Shown: positions 1-10,481 of the stretch, in pieces
How positions within the stretch are numbered: the stretch's first letter is position 1
Layout of the letters: each line of letters begins with the position of its first letter
Virus record (IMG/VR): IMGVR_UViG_3300005805_000068
Span: 16,627 to 80,626 of that record
Source of the DNA: a virus
Taxonomy: Duplodnaviria > Caudoviricetes
Direction: 5' to 3' (one strand)
DNA: 64,000 nucleotides
Position numbers and translations under genes: made by a program
Notes under the pieces: model-generated
The model's input: only the letters and a program-made list of their open reading frames with translations
Database searches by the model: none
Told to the model about the DNA's origin: nothing

Positions 1-1605
1 CGTATCTATATCGAACGTAGATTAGGTATTACACATGACGGTTCACCGGTTGCTGACGGATTATTAATTCCTAGCGTAACAGGTGGATATATGGCCTTAG
101 ATGGTCAATTGGCTATGAAGGCCAATATGGATCTTGATAACAATAAGATTGTCAACGTTGGTAATCCGGTAAGTCCATTAGATGCTGTTAACCTACAGAG
201 TTTGACTTTTGATAACTTCCAAAACTTCAGTGGTGGTGATTTATTCGCCAATGATATTTTAGTTTTCACAGGTGACGGTGCCGAAGCTGTTAATGCTACA
301 GTAGTGGGTGATATTGCTCTTGATATTGATTCAACAGCAAATACAGTTGACGCACAAATTAATCCTAATGTTATCTTAGATGCTGATGTTAATACCAATG
401 CTGACGTTCTACAAAGCAAGTTATTATTAAATCTATCTACTACTAGAGCAGCAGCACCAACCGGTACTGCTAGAGATAAACAAGCAGCCAGTGGTGTAGC
501 AAGTTTTGATAATATTGAATTTACAATCACAGACGGTTGGGTAACATTAAGAACAGCTTCTACAACAACTAACGGAGTTTCTCCTAGTAAGTTACAATGG
601 CTTCCAGGAACTAGTGTTCTTGGTAATCCAGATATTGGTATTAATGGAAATGTTGAATCTGTTCAATTTAGCCAGGTGGTTAATCTAGGTGAAGGTATTA
701 GAAAAGATCAATATGGTCAATATCCTTTAATTCCAGGAGGTACTACCGGAGTCCTACGTAGAAATACTACTGGTAGTTTAGATACAGCATTTACTACCAT
801 TGACGTAGGTGTTGGTACAGCGGCGGCTCCAGAAGCTAACAAACTTATTTTAAGAAGTGCTGCTGGTAATTTTGGTGCTAACATCGGTGATCTAAGTCAA
901 TTACATATCGATAGTAGACTTGCTATTGATAGTGCTGCTGTCGCTGGAGTAGGAACCAATGGATATTTCCGTTTATACGGTTACACAGGAAACGGCGGTA
1001 TATTAATACAAGATGGTGATGATCCAGCTAACAGAAAAAATTCTTATTGGAATACCATCCATCAATTTAAAACCAGAGACGGTGCATCTGATGCTCCAAT
1101 AACAGCATCAAGTGTACAATGTCAATCACTGACCACAGGTGGTAATAGAACTAACGGTGAAATAACAGGACGTTGGACCTTAACTGGTACAAGCCCAAAT
1201 GAATCAAGATTACAAGCAACATACTCAGCTGACTTGGCAGAAAACTATGAAGGTGACAAAGTGTATGAAGTTGGTACTGTTCTAGTGTTTGGCGGTGATA
1301 AAGAAGTTACAACAACTACTGCCAAAGGCGATACAAGAGTAGCAGGTGTTGTTTCTAATACTGCTGCTTACACTATGTATGAAGCATGTCCAGGACATAA
1401 GAACTTAGTAGCACTACAAGGTCGTGTACCTTGTCGAGTAGTTGGCAAGATTACCAAAGGTGATATATTGATCACAGCAGGTATTCCTGGTGTTGCAATG
1501 TCAGCCACAGGCGACGTTAAAGTTGGAACTGTTGTCGGTAAATCACTAGTAGACTATGATTCAGATCATATCGGAACAATTGAAATAGCGGTAGGGAGAA
1601 CATAA
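1..1605 (+). CDS. Tail fibre/structural protein, 5'-partial, with C-terminal intramolecular-chaperone (peptidase G2 IMC-like) domain
   Basis: Frame 1 is open from base 1. Gly/Thr/Asn-rich body. C-terminus ADLAENY..GTVLVFGG..EVT...RVAGVVS...VALQGRVPCRVVG...KGD fits tail-fibre chaperone domains. Confidence 0.75.
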   Translation, partial: RIYIERRLGITHDGSPVADGLLIPSVTGGYMALDGQLAMKANMDLDNNKIVNVGNPVSPLDAVNLQSLTFDNFQNFSGGDLFANDILVFTGDGAEAVNATVVGDIALDIDSTANTVDAQINPNVILDADVNTNADVLQSKLLLNLSTTRAAAPTGTARDKQAASGVASFDNIEFTITDGWVTLRTASTTTNGVSPSKLQWLPGTSVLGNPDIGINGNVESVQFSQVVNLGEGIRKDQYGQYPLIPGGTTGVLRRNTTGSLDTAFTTIDVGVGTAAAPEANKLILRSAAGNFGANIGDLSQLHIDSRLAIDSAAVAGVGTNGYFRLYGYTGNGGILIQDGDDPANRKNSYWNTIHQFKTRDGASDAPITASSVQCQSLTTGGNRTNGEITGRWTLTGTSPNESRLQATYSADLAENYEGDKVYEVGTVLVFGGDKEVTTTTAKGDTRVAGVVSNTAAYTMYEACPGHKNLVALQGRVPCRVVGKITKGDILITAGIPGVAMSATGDVKVGTVVGKSLVDYDSDHIGTIEIAVGRT

Positions 1606-3305
1606 TGGCATTGCCAAATCCAAATATACAATTAGGAGCTCCTCCATTATTATGGAGTGATGTACAGACAGCATTTACGAGAGTGAATGAAAACTTTGAC
1701 TCAGTGGCTGCTGCATTAGGCGTTGCTGGATTAACTCCAATAGATTTTGAAACATTAGATACTAATGTTAGTCCTACTACTGATAGTGAATACTCATTAG
1801 GTAGCAGCACAAATAAATGGGCTAATGTTTATACGTCCGAATACTCTACTGTTCCTGGTGAAGAATTAAATGGTGTATGGTTAGGTACTGCTCATATCAA
1901 AGGAATCGGTAGTACAGTTGATCTACCCCTATCATCAACAATAGGTGGCAGTTTAATTATTGATCCAACTAAGACAACATTTAAAATTGTTAATGTAGAA
2001 GGTGAAGGTGAAATAATAGCCAGCTCATTTACAGATACATTAAATTTTGTCAATGGTACTGCTATACGATTAACTGTTAATTCAAGTTCAGATAGTATTA
2101 TATTCGATAACACAGGTGTTATCAAAGTATCAGGTACTGCTGGACAGATTGGTGTAACTTATACAGGTGCTGAAATAGGCACTGGTGAAATCACCTTAAC
2201 TAATCTCGGTGTAGTTTCTTTACTGAGCACGACTGCATTACCATCAGGAAGAACTGAAGGTGTGGGTATTAATATCAATGCTGCCAATGGTAGCAATATT
2301 AAAATTACCAATACTGGCGTATTATCTATTTCATCTGTTACTGCAAGTTTAACAGTTACACCAAATGCTGCCACAGGTAATGTTGAATTAGAAAATTTAC
2401 TTCCAGCATATCCTGCATTCGGTAATATAGTCGCAAACGCTGGATTAATTTCAGCAGTTGGTAGCAGCAGCGGAACAACCTTAAACATTGAACAAGGATA
2501 TGGTATTGCTTTATCCACAAACAATACAACAAAAACATTAACCATTAGTCTGGACAATAGCAGTGGTGCTATTGATCTAAATGCTAGTATTTTCGCAGAC
2601 AACTCAACATTATTAGTTGACGGTGTTAGCGGTCTTATTCCAGCAGAAGTAGTACAAGGTACATTTACTGGTAGTCATGTTGGTGATTCTAAAGGTAGTG
2701 TATTTGCAGATGACAGCACATTATTAGTAGATGCTGTTTTAGGAGTTATTCCGGCAGCAGTTGTAGTAGGAACATTTACCGGTAGTGTGATAGGAAATGT
2801 CACTGGTAATACCACAGGCACCCACGATGGAGATGTTAGAGGTTCTGTATTTGCTGATGATTCTACATTGCTGGTAGATGGTACTGGTGGGAAGATAGTA
2901 GGACCTATCAACTCGTTTGATGGTGGAAACAGCATCACTATGGATCCAGTAAACGGTGTGATCATCGGAGGCACTGCTGGAGCACAGATCATAGGGGCAG
3001 CAGGTGCCCCTGTTTATATAGGTGGAGGTACTAGTGGTGGTACCAGTGGTGATATTTTCTTAGGCAACGGTACAAACAGAGTTTTATTTGTCAGCAATAT
3101 TATCGACACTGACGATTCGTCTGCGTTGATCTTTGAACCTCCTGTAACATTCAATACTGATGTTACATTTGAAAACGATATCACTGTGGCGGAACAATTA
3201 ACAGTCAAAGGCAGTAGAGTAATTAATATAACAGAATTACAAGCTATAACAGCGGCAAGCACAAGTTTCAGTGACTTCCAATCAAGAATAGCAGCATTGG
3301 TATAA
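1605..3305 (+). CDS. Tail fibre/virion structural protein with three internal S(I/V)FAD(N/D)STLLVD repeats
   Basis: 566 aa, G/T/S-rich. TAATG overlap with the upstream gene. Located in the structural module. Confidence 0.65.
   Translation: MALPNPNIQLGAPPLLWSDVQTAFTRVNENFDSVAAALGVAGLTPIDFETLDTNVSPTTDSEYSLGSSTNKWANVYTSEYSTVPGEELNGVWLGTAHIKGIGSTVDLPLSSTIGGSLIIDPTKTTFKIVNVEGEGEIIASSFTDTLNFVNGTAIRLTVNSSSDSIIFDNTGVIKVSGTAGQIGVTYTGAEIGTGEITLTNLGVVSLLSTTALPSGRTEGVGININAANGSNIKITNTGVLSISSVTASLTVTPNAATGNVELENLLPAYPAFGNIVANAGLISAVGSSSGTTLNIEQGYGIALSTNNTTKTLTISLDNSSGAIDLNASIFADNSTLLVDGVSGLIPAEVVQGTFTGSHVGDSKGSVFADDSTLLVDAVLGVIPAAVVVGTFTGSVIGNVTGNTTGTHDGDVRGSVFADDSTLLVDGTGGKIVGPINSFDGGNSITMDPVNGVIIGGTAGAQIIGAAGAPVYIGGGTSGGTSGDIFLGNGTNRVLFVSNIIDTDDSSALIFEPPVTFNTDVTFENDITVAEQLTVKGSRVINITELQAITAASTSFSDFQSRIAALV
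2586..2900 (+). repeat. Three degenerate coding repeats (SIFADNSTLLVDG / SVFADDSTLLVDA / SVFADDSTLLVDG)
   Basis: Visible in the translation. DNA copies start near 2586, 2698 and 2844 and are synonymously diverged. Confidence 0.85.
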
Positions 3306-3316
3306 CGGAGCGATAA

Positions 3317-5641
3317 ATGGCAAAACAAAATATTAACGTAGGCACAACAGCCAATGACAAACAAGGCGATAGCCTACGTGCTGCGTTCCAAAAAGTAAAT
3401 GCTAACTTTACAGAACTTTATACAGCACTGGGATTAACTGATGTCACACTAAATTTAGGTGCGTTTACATTTACCGGTAGCACGATGAGTACTGATGACA
3501 GTACTAACATTGTTATCGATAAACCAATTACAGTAAACGGTGAGATTACAGTAGACGGGGATATTACTCCAAGTGTAGCCAATGGTGGTAACTTAGGTAG
3601 TCTAGCAAAACCTTTCCGCAGTCTTTTTGTCAGCAACAACACAGTATTCTTAGGTGGTGTTCCTCTAAGCCTAGACCCAGGAACTAACGAACTAAGAGTT
3701 AACAATGTTCCTATTAGTCAAAACATAACCTACGCAGACATTCCTAATGCTCCTACTGATGTGTCAGACTTAACCGACACTGACGGGCTGCTAGGAGGAG
3801 GTGGTGGAGGTGCAGGTCCAGTACAACCATATTTAGAATTAACCAACTCACCATTTATCATCCAGCCTGTGGTATTAGGCTCTCCGGTGTCTGTATCAAC
3901 AGCAGGTGATGGATCAGGAGCCGAAGTTGAAGTAGTCATTGGCGCAGGTCCTGTAATAACATCCGTCACTGTGACAACTCCGGGTACTGGATATACAGTA
4001 GGACAGCGTTACAGAGTACAGTATTGGGAAATAGGCGGCAACAACGATGACAGTCATATTGAGTTCGAAGTTGCCACAGTTAGTAGCGGCGGGTTATTAA
4101 CTGTCACTGATGCTGCCTTTACAGGTGCTGCGGCGGCAAATACTCCGGGTACATATAGCAATTTAGGTATGCAACTTCGAGCATCACCAGGCGATAGTAT
4201 AGGTCCTGGACTGACCTTGGTTAGAAGTTATCATCGTGCCTTATTTAATATAGAAGCAGAAACACAATACGACACCAACAACGACACCAGTCCTCTAGGC
4301 ACAGAGTGGAACAGTGAAGGATGGGGCGACTTAACAGGATTTAACACAAGAACATATACAACATTCTATGAAGCATTGAACCGTGCTGTTGGTAATAACA
4401 TCATCGGTGCTGAACTGATTATGCACGACACCATCAATGATCAGTACTATAAATTCAGTTTCTCAAATTGGGGCGGCAACAACGGCGGATCATATGCCTA
4501 CACAAGAACTCTAATAGAACGAGATCCTAACTATTTCAAGAAAGAAAACTACGCCACTGCCAACAATGTTGATGTTATTGAAGACGACTCTACCCTACAG
4601 ATTGGTATTACCAGGGGCAACAACAACGGTATCTACAATCCTTTCACTGAAGAAGGCTGGGATGAAGATATCAGTCCAGACGGCACAGAGTGGAATATAG
4701 ATGGGTGGGATGATTTAACTGATGTTGAAACTAGAATCTATACTAATTTCTATGATGCCTACGGTAATGGTGGCTTAGGTAATCGTGTTCCTGGATCAAA
4801 GGCTGTGATGTATGTGCCCAGCATAGACAAGTACTATGCTATACAATGGCTAAGTTGGACACAGAATAATGCGGGTGGCGGATTCAGTTATCTACGCTAT
4901 GAAATAGATTTAACCAAACTCAACGAGGGTGTCACATTCTCAGACGGCACAGTATTAAAAAGTGCAGAAGGTATAGGTCGTGTTAAACTAACAGCACCTG
5001 GCAATCGTAGAATTGAAGAAGCTTCAGGTTACAAATCTGTTTCGGTAACATCTAGAAACAGAACTGAAATTACTGGGGCTACATATACCGGTGTTTATGC
5101 CTATGAACTAAGAGTCAAGAAAACCACAGAAATAAATGCTTTTATCAGTCCTTACTATAATACAGGTACGGTTGCTGTATGGTATATATCTTTCGATAAT
5201 GTGACATTTAGAGCAGCTACCATTAACAGTGAAGGCGGAGATAACTGGATGTTCTACTATGTCAATGCCAATGATCCAACACTTCAAGTTGAAGATGCTC
5301 CTTTTTATATAAGGAGAGATGTTGGCGGTGAACCAGTTGTATGGTGGGACGAAGACGACTTACCAGGTGGCAGTGCAAACTTCCGCGGTGCTGTTATAGA
5401 CTATCACGCCTACACAGGTGATGCCACTATCATAGGAACTATACACATTGTGGATGACAACGACGAAGAACACATCACCCATACTGAAGTCGCAAGTGGC
5501 AGTGACGACAGTGAAAACGACGACTTATGGTTGGTACAGAACGAAGGCACTATCAGCTATCGTCGATTAGACGGTGACAGTGCTACACTAAGAATACAGT
5601 GGACCGCGAAAGTGTTTTACGGTTCGGAATATTACGATTAA
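3317..5641 (+). CDS. Baseplate/tail fibre protein with T4 gp9/gp10-like N-terminal motif
   Basis: N-terminus INVGTTANDKQGDSLRAAFQKVNANFTELY. Duplicated internal GTEWN..GW.DLT module. Confidence 0.65.
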   Translation: MAKQNINVGTTANDKQGDSLRAAFQKVNANFTELYTALGLTDVTLNLGAFTFTGSTMSTDDSTNIVIDKPITVNGEITVDGDITPSVANGGNLGSLAKPFRSLFVSNNTVFLGGVPLSLDPGTNELRVNNVPISQNITYADIPNAPTDVSDLTDTDGLLGGGGGGAGPVQPYLELTNSPFIIQPVVLGSPVSVSTAGDGSGAEVEVVIGAGPVITSVTVTTPGTGYTVGQRYRVQYWEIGGNNDDSHIEFEVATVSSGGLLTVTDAAFTGAAAANTPGTYSNLGMQLRASPGDSIGPGLTLVRSYHRALFNIEAETQYDTNNDTSPLGTEWNSEGWGDLTGFNTRTYTTFYEALNRAVGNNIIGAELIMHDTINDQYYKFSFSNWGGNNGGSYAYTRTLIERDPNYFKKENYATANNVDVIEDDSTLQIGITRGNNNGIYNPFTEEGWDEDISPDGTEWNIDGWDDLTDVETRIYTNFYDAYGNGGLGNRVPGSKAVMYVPSIDKYYAIQWLSWTQNNAGGGFSYLRYEIDLTKLNEGVTFSDGTVLKSAEGIGRVKLTAPGNRRIEEASGYKSVSVTSRNRTEITGATYTGVYAYELRVKKTTEINAFISPYYNTGTVAVWYISFDNVTFRAATINSEGGDNWMFYYVNANDPTLQVEDAPFYIRRDVGGEPVVWWDEDDLPGGSANFRGAVIDYHAYTGDATIIGTIHIVDDNDEEHITHTEVASGSDDSENDDLWLVQNEGTISYRRLDGDSATLRIQWTAKVFYGSEYYD

Positions 5642-5656
5642 TCAGGGGCAAGATAA

Positions 5657-8600
5657 ATGACAACAGTACGCAGAATAAATCAAAGCCAAGTTAGAGGCAA
5701 CAATGATGGTGTGTTGCCCGCAGGCACCATTATGGTCTATGAAGTCAATGGTGAGTATCGTCTTCGAGTACACAATGGCGTAACCCTTGGCGGTGTTCCG
5801 TTTCCTAATGCTCCAAGTATCGTACACAACGACGATGTTAACATCATAATTAACGGCGGAGATAGCAGCACCTATACTTGGAACTTTGGACAAACTGGTA
5901 CATTAACTGCTCCTGGAATGGCAGTATTTGGCGGCACTGACGGCATTGTTGTAGACAATCTCAATAACGGCATTGCGGCATTATTCAACAACGGTGATGT
6001 TTATATCACAGGCGGTGAAAGTTTAAGATTTACTGGGCTTGATAATATTGAGGGAGAAAGTTCGGCAGTATTAAGATTCTGGAACGGCGAAGGTCGTCAT
6101 TCTTCAGGCAACGATGCTACAGAACTAGTAACATTGAATGTGGGTAATGACGCTGACTCAGGCGACCCTACACTAGGCTTCTTTAAGATTATTACAGAAA
6201 AACAAGTGGGAGGAGAAAAAGAGTGGAAGTTTGATGCCGACGGTGTACTAACATTACCAACAGGCGGCGATATCGTAGACGAAAACGGTGACTCAGTATT
6301 GGGTGGTGGCGCAAGTGATAGTAATGTTTGGGTACAGACATTTGAAACTCAAAACGGTGCTCCAACAGACATTGTGTCACTAGCAATGAGTGTGGAATAC
6401 GATGACGCGGGCAATGTGATTGCCTTGTTCAATCATTTCAACGACGATGGTGGTGGTAGTTATTATTCCGTGGGCAAGTACACCACAACTGGCGCCAAGA
6501 TATGGACAGCAAGATTTGACGATGAATTTTACACAGACGGATGGGGGCTGGCAGTGGACAACGACAGCAACTCGATATATGTAGCAGGCGAGACAGATGT
6601 TGAAGGACAGGACAATGCCACTTTGACCAAACTTGACAGCACTGATGGCAGTGTACTATGGAGCAAGATCTATGACTTTGGATTCAGTAGTCAAAGTTCA
6701 GTAGTGGATGTAGCCTCAGACGGCGATCCTGTCATGGTTGGATATGCCTACAATGGCACAGACAATTATGTTGCCACTACCAAGGTAGATGCCGCAGACG
6801 GTAGTATTATTTGGTCAAGAGCACTGGACGGTCAGGCCGACGAAGAAGCCTACGGCATGGCCGTGGGTCCTAGTGGTGAAGTGGTGGCTATTGGTTACAT
6901 GAGTCAATTGGGCGTTAGCGACGGTGTAGCAACCTTGTACGCTGACAGTAACCCCAACTGGACTGGCGGTGGAACTACAGGAACTTCAAATGGTGTGACC
7001 TTTAGTGTTACGGTTACCGACGGAGTCGCTACATTCAGCAACATCAGTGATACAATTGGCAATCGATCTGTAGATGAAGTGATTGCCACTATCAATGGAA
7101 GCATCTTTGGTGGAGAAACAGTTAGTTTACTTACTCAAACCACTTATCCAGAGACATTTAATGAGCAACAAGTAGTCGGTATAAGATTAGTAGGAGACCA
7201 TACTGATAAAGTTGGATGTACAATAAGTGGATCGGGCCTTACTGGTAATATGTTAATTGTTGATACTGACCCGTTAGATCCAGGTGATCCAAACGCAGGC
7301 CCCCCAATTCCTGAAAACACTATAGTTTATGTAGTAGCAGATTGGAGTAGTATAACACTTCAATCAGGAACTGATTACAATATAACTCCTCCTGACATGG
7401 TTGTCAAAGTTGGCACACTGGCCACTAACGAGCCAGACGATCGTATGTTGGTGGTCAAGTATGACAGCGCAGGATCTATACAGTGGCAAAAGGCCATACT
7501 GTTTGATGCGGGCTTTGACTGCTACGGGGCAGATGCTGATATTGACAGCGACGGAAACATCTATGTTACTGGCAGTTATCGATATGATTCTGGAGAGCAG
7601 TTTAGTACAACCAGTGCTCTAAGTATACTGAAACTTGACGGCAACGGTGCTAAACAGTGGAGCAGACGAGTAACAGGCACCTGTGACACATTTGGCATCA
7701 GCGTAGTGGTTGGTGCCGATGACAAACTTTATCTGTCAGGCGTAACTGGCTTTGCTGGCGGCAACACGGACACAAATAACGGTTACACATGGGTCGCAGC
7801 CAAGTATGGCATCGATGGCACAGTAGAATGGCAAAGACTCATTGACAATACCACAGGCTGGACATTTACCGGAGGCCTCTTTTTTGGCTCCGGTGGCGGC
7901 AGCAACATAGCAGTTAAAGAAAATTATGTGCTACTTGGCGGCGGCTTTGGCGATTTTGAGAATAGTGGCGATCCACTGGCCACAGTGGTACAGGTCTCGG
8001 CCACTGGAGATGTATTCTCTGTAGGCGACTGGGATTTCAAAGCAGCCTCATTCAGCGGAGTACTCAACAGTTCAGCCAGCGACATTACTGTGGTCAACGC
8101 TGGTAAGACTGACACAGACAATGCTGAAAACATCACCACCGGCACAGTGACACTGACTACAGAAGTCAGCGGATTCTTGATAGGCACATTATACTCAACC
8201 ACTGCCAACAACAGATTATTCAACGGCAGTAACGAACTGGTATTAGGTACAACAGGAACTGTGACATTGCCACAAGGTGGTACAATCACTGAAGGGTATG
8301 TTACCAGCAATCCAACTATTCAACTAACTCCAGCAACGCCATCAGTGGCCAGCCAGAAGTTGGTGATCAAGGGTGGTGGAAACTATTCAAATACAGAAAA
8401 CGGTATTACGGTAACCCTCAATAACATTACTCAGATAGTAGGCGATGTAGTCAATGTGTATGTAGAAGCACCGACTAGGGTCGGGCAAACACTCTATTGG
8501 TGGATCTATCCAGAGAGTGCCGGCCTCGCAGATCCTGGCACAGGCACAGTGATACTAGATGAGATAGGTGACGGTCTTTTTACTTTTACACTAGACAGTG

Positions 8601-9730
8601 ACGACTATGAATTTAATGTGCGTATATCACCTGAAGACAACAACTATGACCCTGCTAATATAGGTGTTGAATCAGTACTGGTTAACGGTGACGCACCTAC
8701 TTTCGAAGGCGATCATCACCTGCACTTGACCACAGGCGATTTGTCAGAGACCAGCATCTTCTTGGGCACAGACGATCACAATGTGCGTACTACAGTAGAT
8801 GGTGGCATTTCTATGACCACAACTCGTGGTACAGTATTGTTTGGCAACACTCCCGACAATCCTGTAACCGCATCAAGTCACTTTCACATAATGAAGGATA
8901 GTCCAGACATTGTTGATCTATTCTTCGGCGATGACGACAACTATGTTAAACTACCAAGTACACAGGGTGTAGAAGTCAGCGCCAACGGCAGCAGTTGGAC
9001 CTTTGGTACAGATGGTGCGTTAACTATCCCTGGTGATATTAAGAGCGAAAATGCCATTAACATTGATATCAACCTAAGTGATAGTACTCTGCGTAGATGG
9101 AGTTTTGGAGAAGATGGTGATCTAACATTCCCAGATAATACTGTACAGACAACGGCTTATACTGGTAGTACCCTAACTACAGTGGCCAAGACTGGCATTG
9201 CCTATAACACTGGAACAGCAACTGCTCTGGAAGATAGCACATATATAGGTTCTATTGTAGATGGAAACTACGGTCCATTTACTCTAAGTGGAGTTACATT
9301 TACAGTAGTAGTCACTAGCGGAGTAGCCGCATATACTGTCACTGCCACAACTGGTAATACCGCAGTAGGTGCTGTTATTGGAACATTAGATACCGGTGAT
9401 CTGGGTGGAACATCTGGAAGCACCTCAAATATATCAGTTGCGGATGTTGTTCAAGGGGTTACGGCTATTGACCTAACTAAAACCATTAACAAACTCACTG
9501 ATGGTTATTATTATTTGGCCGACGGTGTAGAAGGTCAGATCATGTATGTAGTGAGACAGAACGGTTCAACTGCGGCAAATATATTTGTACTAGTTGCCAA
9601 CGCACGTTGGGACGGAACTGTATATTCAGAGCAACCTGTTATTCCATTTCAAATTCCTTTTACTGATATGGTCACAATAATCTTTACAGACGGTGCTTGG
9701 CAATCAAGCACATTTGGCAGTTTAACTTAA
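5657..9730 (+). CDS. Large mosaic tail fibre/receptor-binding protein with beta-propeller-like repeats
   Basis: 1357 aa. Repeated (K/V)(Y/L)DxxGxxxW units and recurring WxFGxDGxLTxP motifs. Confidence 0.65.
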   Translation: MTTVRRINQSQVRGNNDGVLPAGTIMVYEVNGEYRLRVHNGVTLGGVPFPNAPSIVHNDDVNIIINGGDSSTYTWNFGQTGTLTAPGMAVFGGTDGIVVDNLNNGIAALFNNGDVYITGGESLRFTGLDNIEGESSAVLRFWNGEGRHSSGNDATELVTLNVGNDADSGDPTLGFFKIITEKQVGGEKEWKFDADGVLTLPTGGDIVDENGDSVLGGGASDSNVWVQTFETQNGAPTDIVSLAMSVEYDDAGNVIALFNHFNDDGGGSYYSVGKYTTTGAKIWTARFDDEFYTDGWGLAVDNDSNSIYVAGETDVEGQDNATLTKLDSTDGSVLWSKIYDFGFSSQSSVVDVASDGDPVMVGYAYNGTDNYVATTKVDAADGSIIWSRALDGQADEEAYGMAVGPSGEVVAIGYMSQLGVSDGVATLYADSNPNWTGGGTTGTSNGVTFSVTVTDGVATFSNISDTIGNRSVDEVIATINGSIFGGETVSLLTQTTYPETFNEQQVVGIRLVGDHTDKVGCTISGSGLTGNMLIVDTDPLDPGDPNAGPPIPENTIVYVVADWSSITLQSGTDYNITPPDMVVKVGTLATNEPDDRMLVVKYDSAGSIQWQKAILFDAGFDCYGADADIDSDGNIYVTGSYRYDSGEQFSTTSALSILKLDGNGAKQWSRRVTGTCDTFGISVVVGADDKLYLSGVTGFAGGNTDTNNGYTWVAAKYGIDGTVEWQRLIDNTTGWTFTGGLFFGSGGGSNIAVKENYVLLGGGFGDFENSGDPLATVVQVSATGDVFSVGDWDFKAASFSGVLNSSASDITVVNAGKTDTDNAENITTGTVTLTTEVSGFLIGTLYSTTANNRLFNGSNELVLGTTGTVTLPQGGTITEGYVTSNPTIQLTPATPSVASQKLVIKGGGNYSNTENGITVTLNNITQIVGDVVNVYVEAPTRVGQTLYWWIYPESAGLADPGTGTVILDEIGDGLFTFTLDSDDYEFNVRISPEDNNYDPANIGVESVLVNGDAPTFEGDHHLHLTTGDLSETSIFLGTDDHNVRTTVDGGISMTTTRGTVLFGNTPDNPVTASSHFHIMKDSPDIVDLFFGDDDNYVKLPSTQGVEVSANGSSWTFGTDGALTIPGDIKSENAINIDINLSDSTLRRWSFGEDGDLTFPDNTVQTTAYTGSTLTTVAKTGIAYNTGTATALEDSTYIGSIVDGNYGPFTLSGVTFTVVVTSGVAAYTVTATTGNTAVGAVIGTLDTGDLGGTSGSTSNISVADVVQGVTAIDLTKTINKLTDGYYYLADGVEGQIMYVVRQNGSTAANIFVLVANARWDGTVYSEQPVIPFQIPFTDMVTIIFTDGAWQSSTFGSLT

Positions 9731-9749
9731 TGGCAGCTGGCTTAACGTA

Positions 9750-10460
9750 ATGATGGAACTTATCTTAATCACACTACTAATGATACACTTGACTATGGTG
9801 TCAGTTACACTGTACCTACATCGCAGTCAAAGTCACAAGGGGGTTGAGTTTCATCCTGTACTAGCACATCTTATGCGTTTTTGGTTATGGCTCACTACAG
9901 GTATGAATACCAAGCAATGGGTAGCTGTACATCGCAAACACCATCAAAATCCAGATGTAGAAGGTGATCCGCATAGCCCACATGTATTTGGACTACTAAC
10001 AGTAATAACCACTGGCATGAAGTTGTACAACACACCATGTCGATCAGCAGACTTTGTTATGAAGTATGGAGCTGGTACTCCTCGAGATTGGATTGAACGT
10101 CAACTATACACTCCGTATCCTGTACTAGGTATTTTCATAATGTTGGCTATCGATCTATTGTTATTTGGACCATGGGGATTACTAGTATGGGTAATCCAAA
10201 TCGTTTGGATTCCTGTGGCGGCAGGTAGTTTAATTAACGGACTAGGACATTGGTGGGGTTATCGCAACGGTGAAACTAAAGATTTTAGCCGCAATATTAG
10301 TCCAATTGGTATTATAGTTGCAGGAGAAGAACTACATAATAATCATCATTTAGATCCAGCGAGCCCAAAATTTAGCCGTAAGCCTTGGGAGTTTGACATA
10401 GCTTGGATGTATATACAGATATTAAGTACAGTAGGTTTGGCTAAACTTAGAACCGGATAA
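9750..10460 (+). CDS. Membrane fatty-acid (delta-9, DesA-type) desaturase
   Basis: Three His boxes (LHRSQSH, HRKHH, ELHNNHH) plus hydrophobic segments. Confidence 0.9.
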   Translation: MMELILITLLMIHLTMVSVTLYLHRSQSHKGVEFHPVLAHLMRFWLWLTTGMNTKQWVAVHRKHHQNPDVEGDPHSPHVFGLLTVITTGMKLYNTPCRSADFVMKYGAGTPRDWIERQLYTPYPVLGIFIMLAIDLLLFGPWGLLVWVIQIVWIPVAAGSLINGLGHWWGYRNGETKDFSRNISPIGIIVAGEELHNNHHLDPASPKFSRKPWEFDIAWMYIQILSTVGLAKLRTG

Positions 10461-10481
10461 ATATACAAAAGAGAGCGTATT

